DNA of 63,994 bases, counting the filler, from Octopus bimaculoides (lineage: Eukaryota), in the NCBI RefSeq assembly GCF_001194135.2. It is 9 parts of 9 records of this genome, joined end to end, with 100 filler letters (N's around TTAATTAATTAA, not from the genome) between each part and the next. Parts side by side here need not be neighbours in the genome. Positions count along the whole stretch, not along the records: positions 60,490 to 62,361 come from NW_026411137.1; positions 62,462 to 63,994 come from NC_068983.1; 7 more parts are not named here. The stretch is one strand, 5' to 3'. The stretch's first letter is position 1. Every line of letters begins with the position of its first letter. Below the pieces are notes generated by a model. The model had not been told where the DNA came from. It searched no databases and worked only from the letters and a program-made list of their open reading frames with translations. Shown here piece after piece: positions 62,107-63,994 of the stretch. A program made the position numbers and the translations under genes.

Positions 62107-63715
62107 ACATACACACACGTATGTATGTGTAACATTATCATCAGCATCATTGTTTAATGTCCATTTTCTATGCTGGCATAAGCTGGACAGTTTGACAGGA
62201 GCTGGTATATAAGACAGACGAAATGCCAATGTTGTAATCATGAGTGCAATGTCTTAATCATTAGGCCATGCTCTTCCACGTGCGTGTGTGTGTGTGTGCG
62301 TGTACGTTGGCATATATGCGTAGCTAGTTAAACAGATAAGATAGATGACCAGACAAGACGGNNNNNNNNNNNNNNNNNNNNNNNNNNNNNNNNNNNNNNN
62401 NNNNNTTAATTAATTAANNNNNNNNNNNNNNNNNNNNNNNNNNNNNNNNNNNNNNNNNNNNTCTAATAAACACCTTTCAGATTGTGTAGATCATGATTAC
62501 AACTGTACCTGCTATCAAAAGGTGTCTTTGAAGATGGGGAGAGGAGTTTCTGATAATTCACGCGAATCGATTTTATTTCCTCATAACTTTCAGAAAAAAA
62601 GGGTATTTTTTAAATGATATTTCTGCCAGCGCAGGTGTGACGGTGTTGCAAGAAGCTTGCTTCCCAACCACATGGTCTCGGGTTCAATCCCACGACAAGG
62701 CAATTTGGCTGAGTGTCTGCTAATATAGCTCCGGGTCGACCAAAGCCTTGTGAGTGAATTTGGTAGATTGGAAACTGAAAGAAACCATTATATGTATGTG
62801 TGTGTGTGTGTGTAAGTATGCGTGTTTGTATATGACAGGTACTAACACCGCTTGACAACTGGTGTTGGTTTGTTTACGTTCCCGTAACTTAGCAGGTCGG
62901 CAAAATAGACCAATTAAATAGGTACCAGAATTTTAGCAAAAAATTAGTACTGAGGTTGAAGTCCTTCAAGGCCGCAGTCGAATGACTGAAACAAATGAAA
63001 GATAAAAAAAAGTATCCTTCAGACGTTTAGATTACGATTATATCGGAATTTAATGCAAAAAAAAAAGAACAAAAATGGTAGGCGCGCACATATACATACT
63101 AATAATATATATCACAATTTTATTCAGAATTGGAAGTTTCGGTTTGTAAGATATATGATCTATCAGTTTATATGCGCGACCAATAGTTTTTCTCTTTATT
63201 CTGTCTTCTTTTTTTTTTTTTATATATATATTAAATTTCGACATTATCGGATTAATATGAAAGGTGTTTGTAGAAAATTTCATTGCCAAAATAATATCAA
63301 TTTTCTAAAAGTGGTCAAGAAACAAAGTCGGTAGGATACAATTGTGTAGGTATGCGGAATAATCTAATTCAAAACAGAAAATATCTGAGAAAATATGAAG
63401 TTTACCTTTGTGAATTTATGAATACATGACTAACTTTTGCTGGTATATTTTTGTTCTACATTTGGGCTGGAATCAAATCCGTTCAATAAGGAATCATGGA
63501 TTGCAGAGAAAAAGTCTTATAATTTTAAAAGCTTAGAAGTTTATTTATGAGTATATTGTTAGAATAACGAACACCCCCATAGCAACTCTGTTACACCACC
63601 TGTGTAAGTCGCCAGGATACGCAGTCAAGATTTAGAAGCTTCTAAAATATGCCTAAACTTGATTTGACGCCCCTCCCTGTTATAAAGTAATGTCTTCCTT
63701 CGGTGGTAGTATACA

Positions 63716-63746
<31 letters not shown>

Positions 63747-63994
63747 GATATATAAGCATATGCATGTCTACATACATATATGTACATACCTACAGCTACA
63801 TGTATATATAGATGCATATCCGGGTACAGGACGTTAGAAAACATACATACATACATAAATGAATACATGCATGCATACATACATACATACATACATACAT
63901 ACATACATACATACATACATACATAAGCATACCTATACAAATGTACCCCCGCCCCCACGACGTTGTTTCCTCACAACTTTCAGAATTATGGATA

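Noticed and set aside
1-63994. CRISPR array, operon or phage-defence system
   Set aside because: No regularly spaced repeat-spacer array; the sequence is intron-containing eukaryotic DNA

Overview
AT-rich eukaryotic genomic DNA, dense in microsatellites and SINEs. The repeat landscape points to a cephalopod, probably Octopus (inference, not a database match). Eight artificial 100-bp spacers (N44-TTAATTAATTAA-N44) split the window into nine blocks, so adjacency across spacers is unproven. Host genes supported by the sequence: (1) a complete four-exon cytosolic H/M-type ferritin on + (ATG 36590, stop 54763, 174 aa); (2) head-to-head with it, start codons 204 bp apart, the first two exons of an FG-nucleoporin on - (36385-36157, 34331-34293); (3) a large exon resembling the ZNFX1 N-terminal region on - (24609-24021, cut by a spacer); (4) one proline dehydrogenase exon on + (61988-62052); (5) a CCAAT/TATA promoter with a candidate first exon of an unidentified gene (22557-22822). 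Mobile DNA includes a Ty3/Gypsy element whose RT is split by a second, RT-less Gypsy element with both LTRs, PBS and a 5-bp TSD, plus mariner, Tc1, Penelope, RTE and CR1/L2 fragments, several MITEs and at least four SINE families. No prokaryote-type system or CRISPR array is present. Best leads: the apparently IRE-less ferritin on a bidirectional promoter, its His at the conserved E140 position, inverted SINE pairs around its phase-0 exons, and a perfect palindromic element with telomere-like repeats in the nucleoporin intron.
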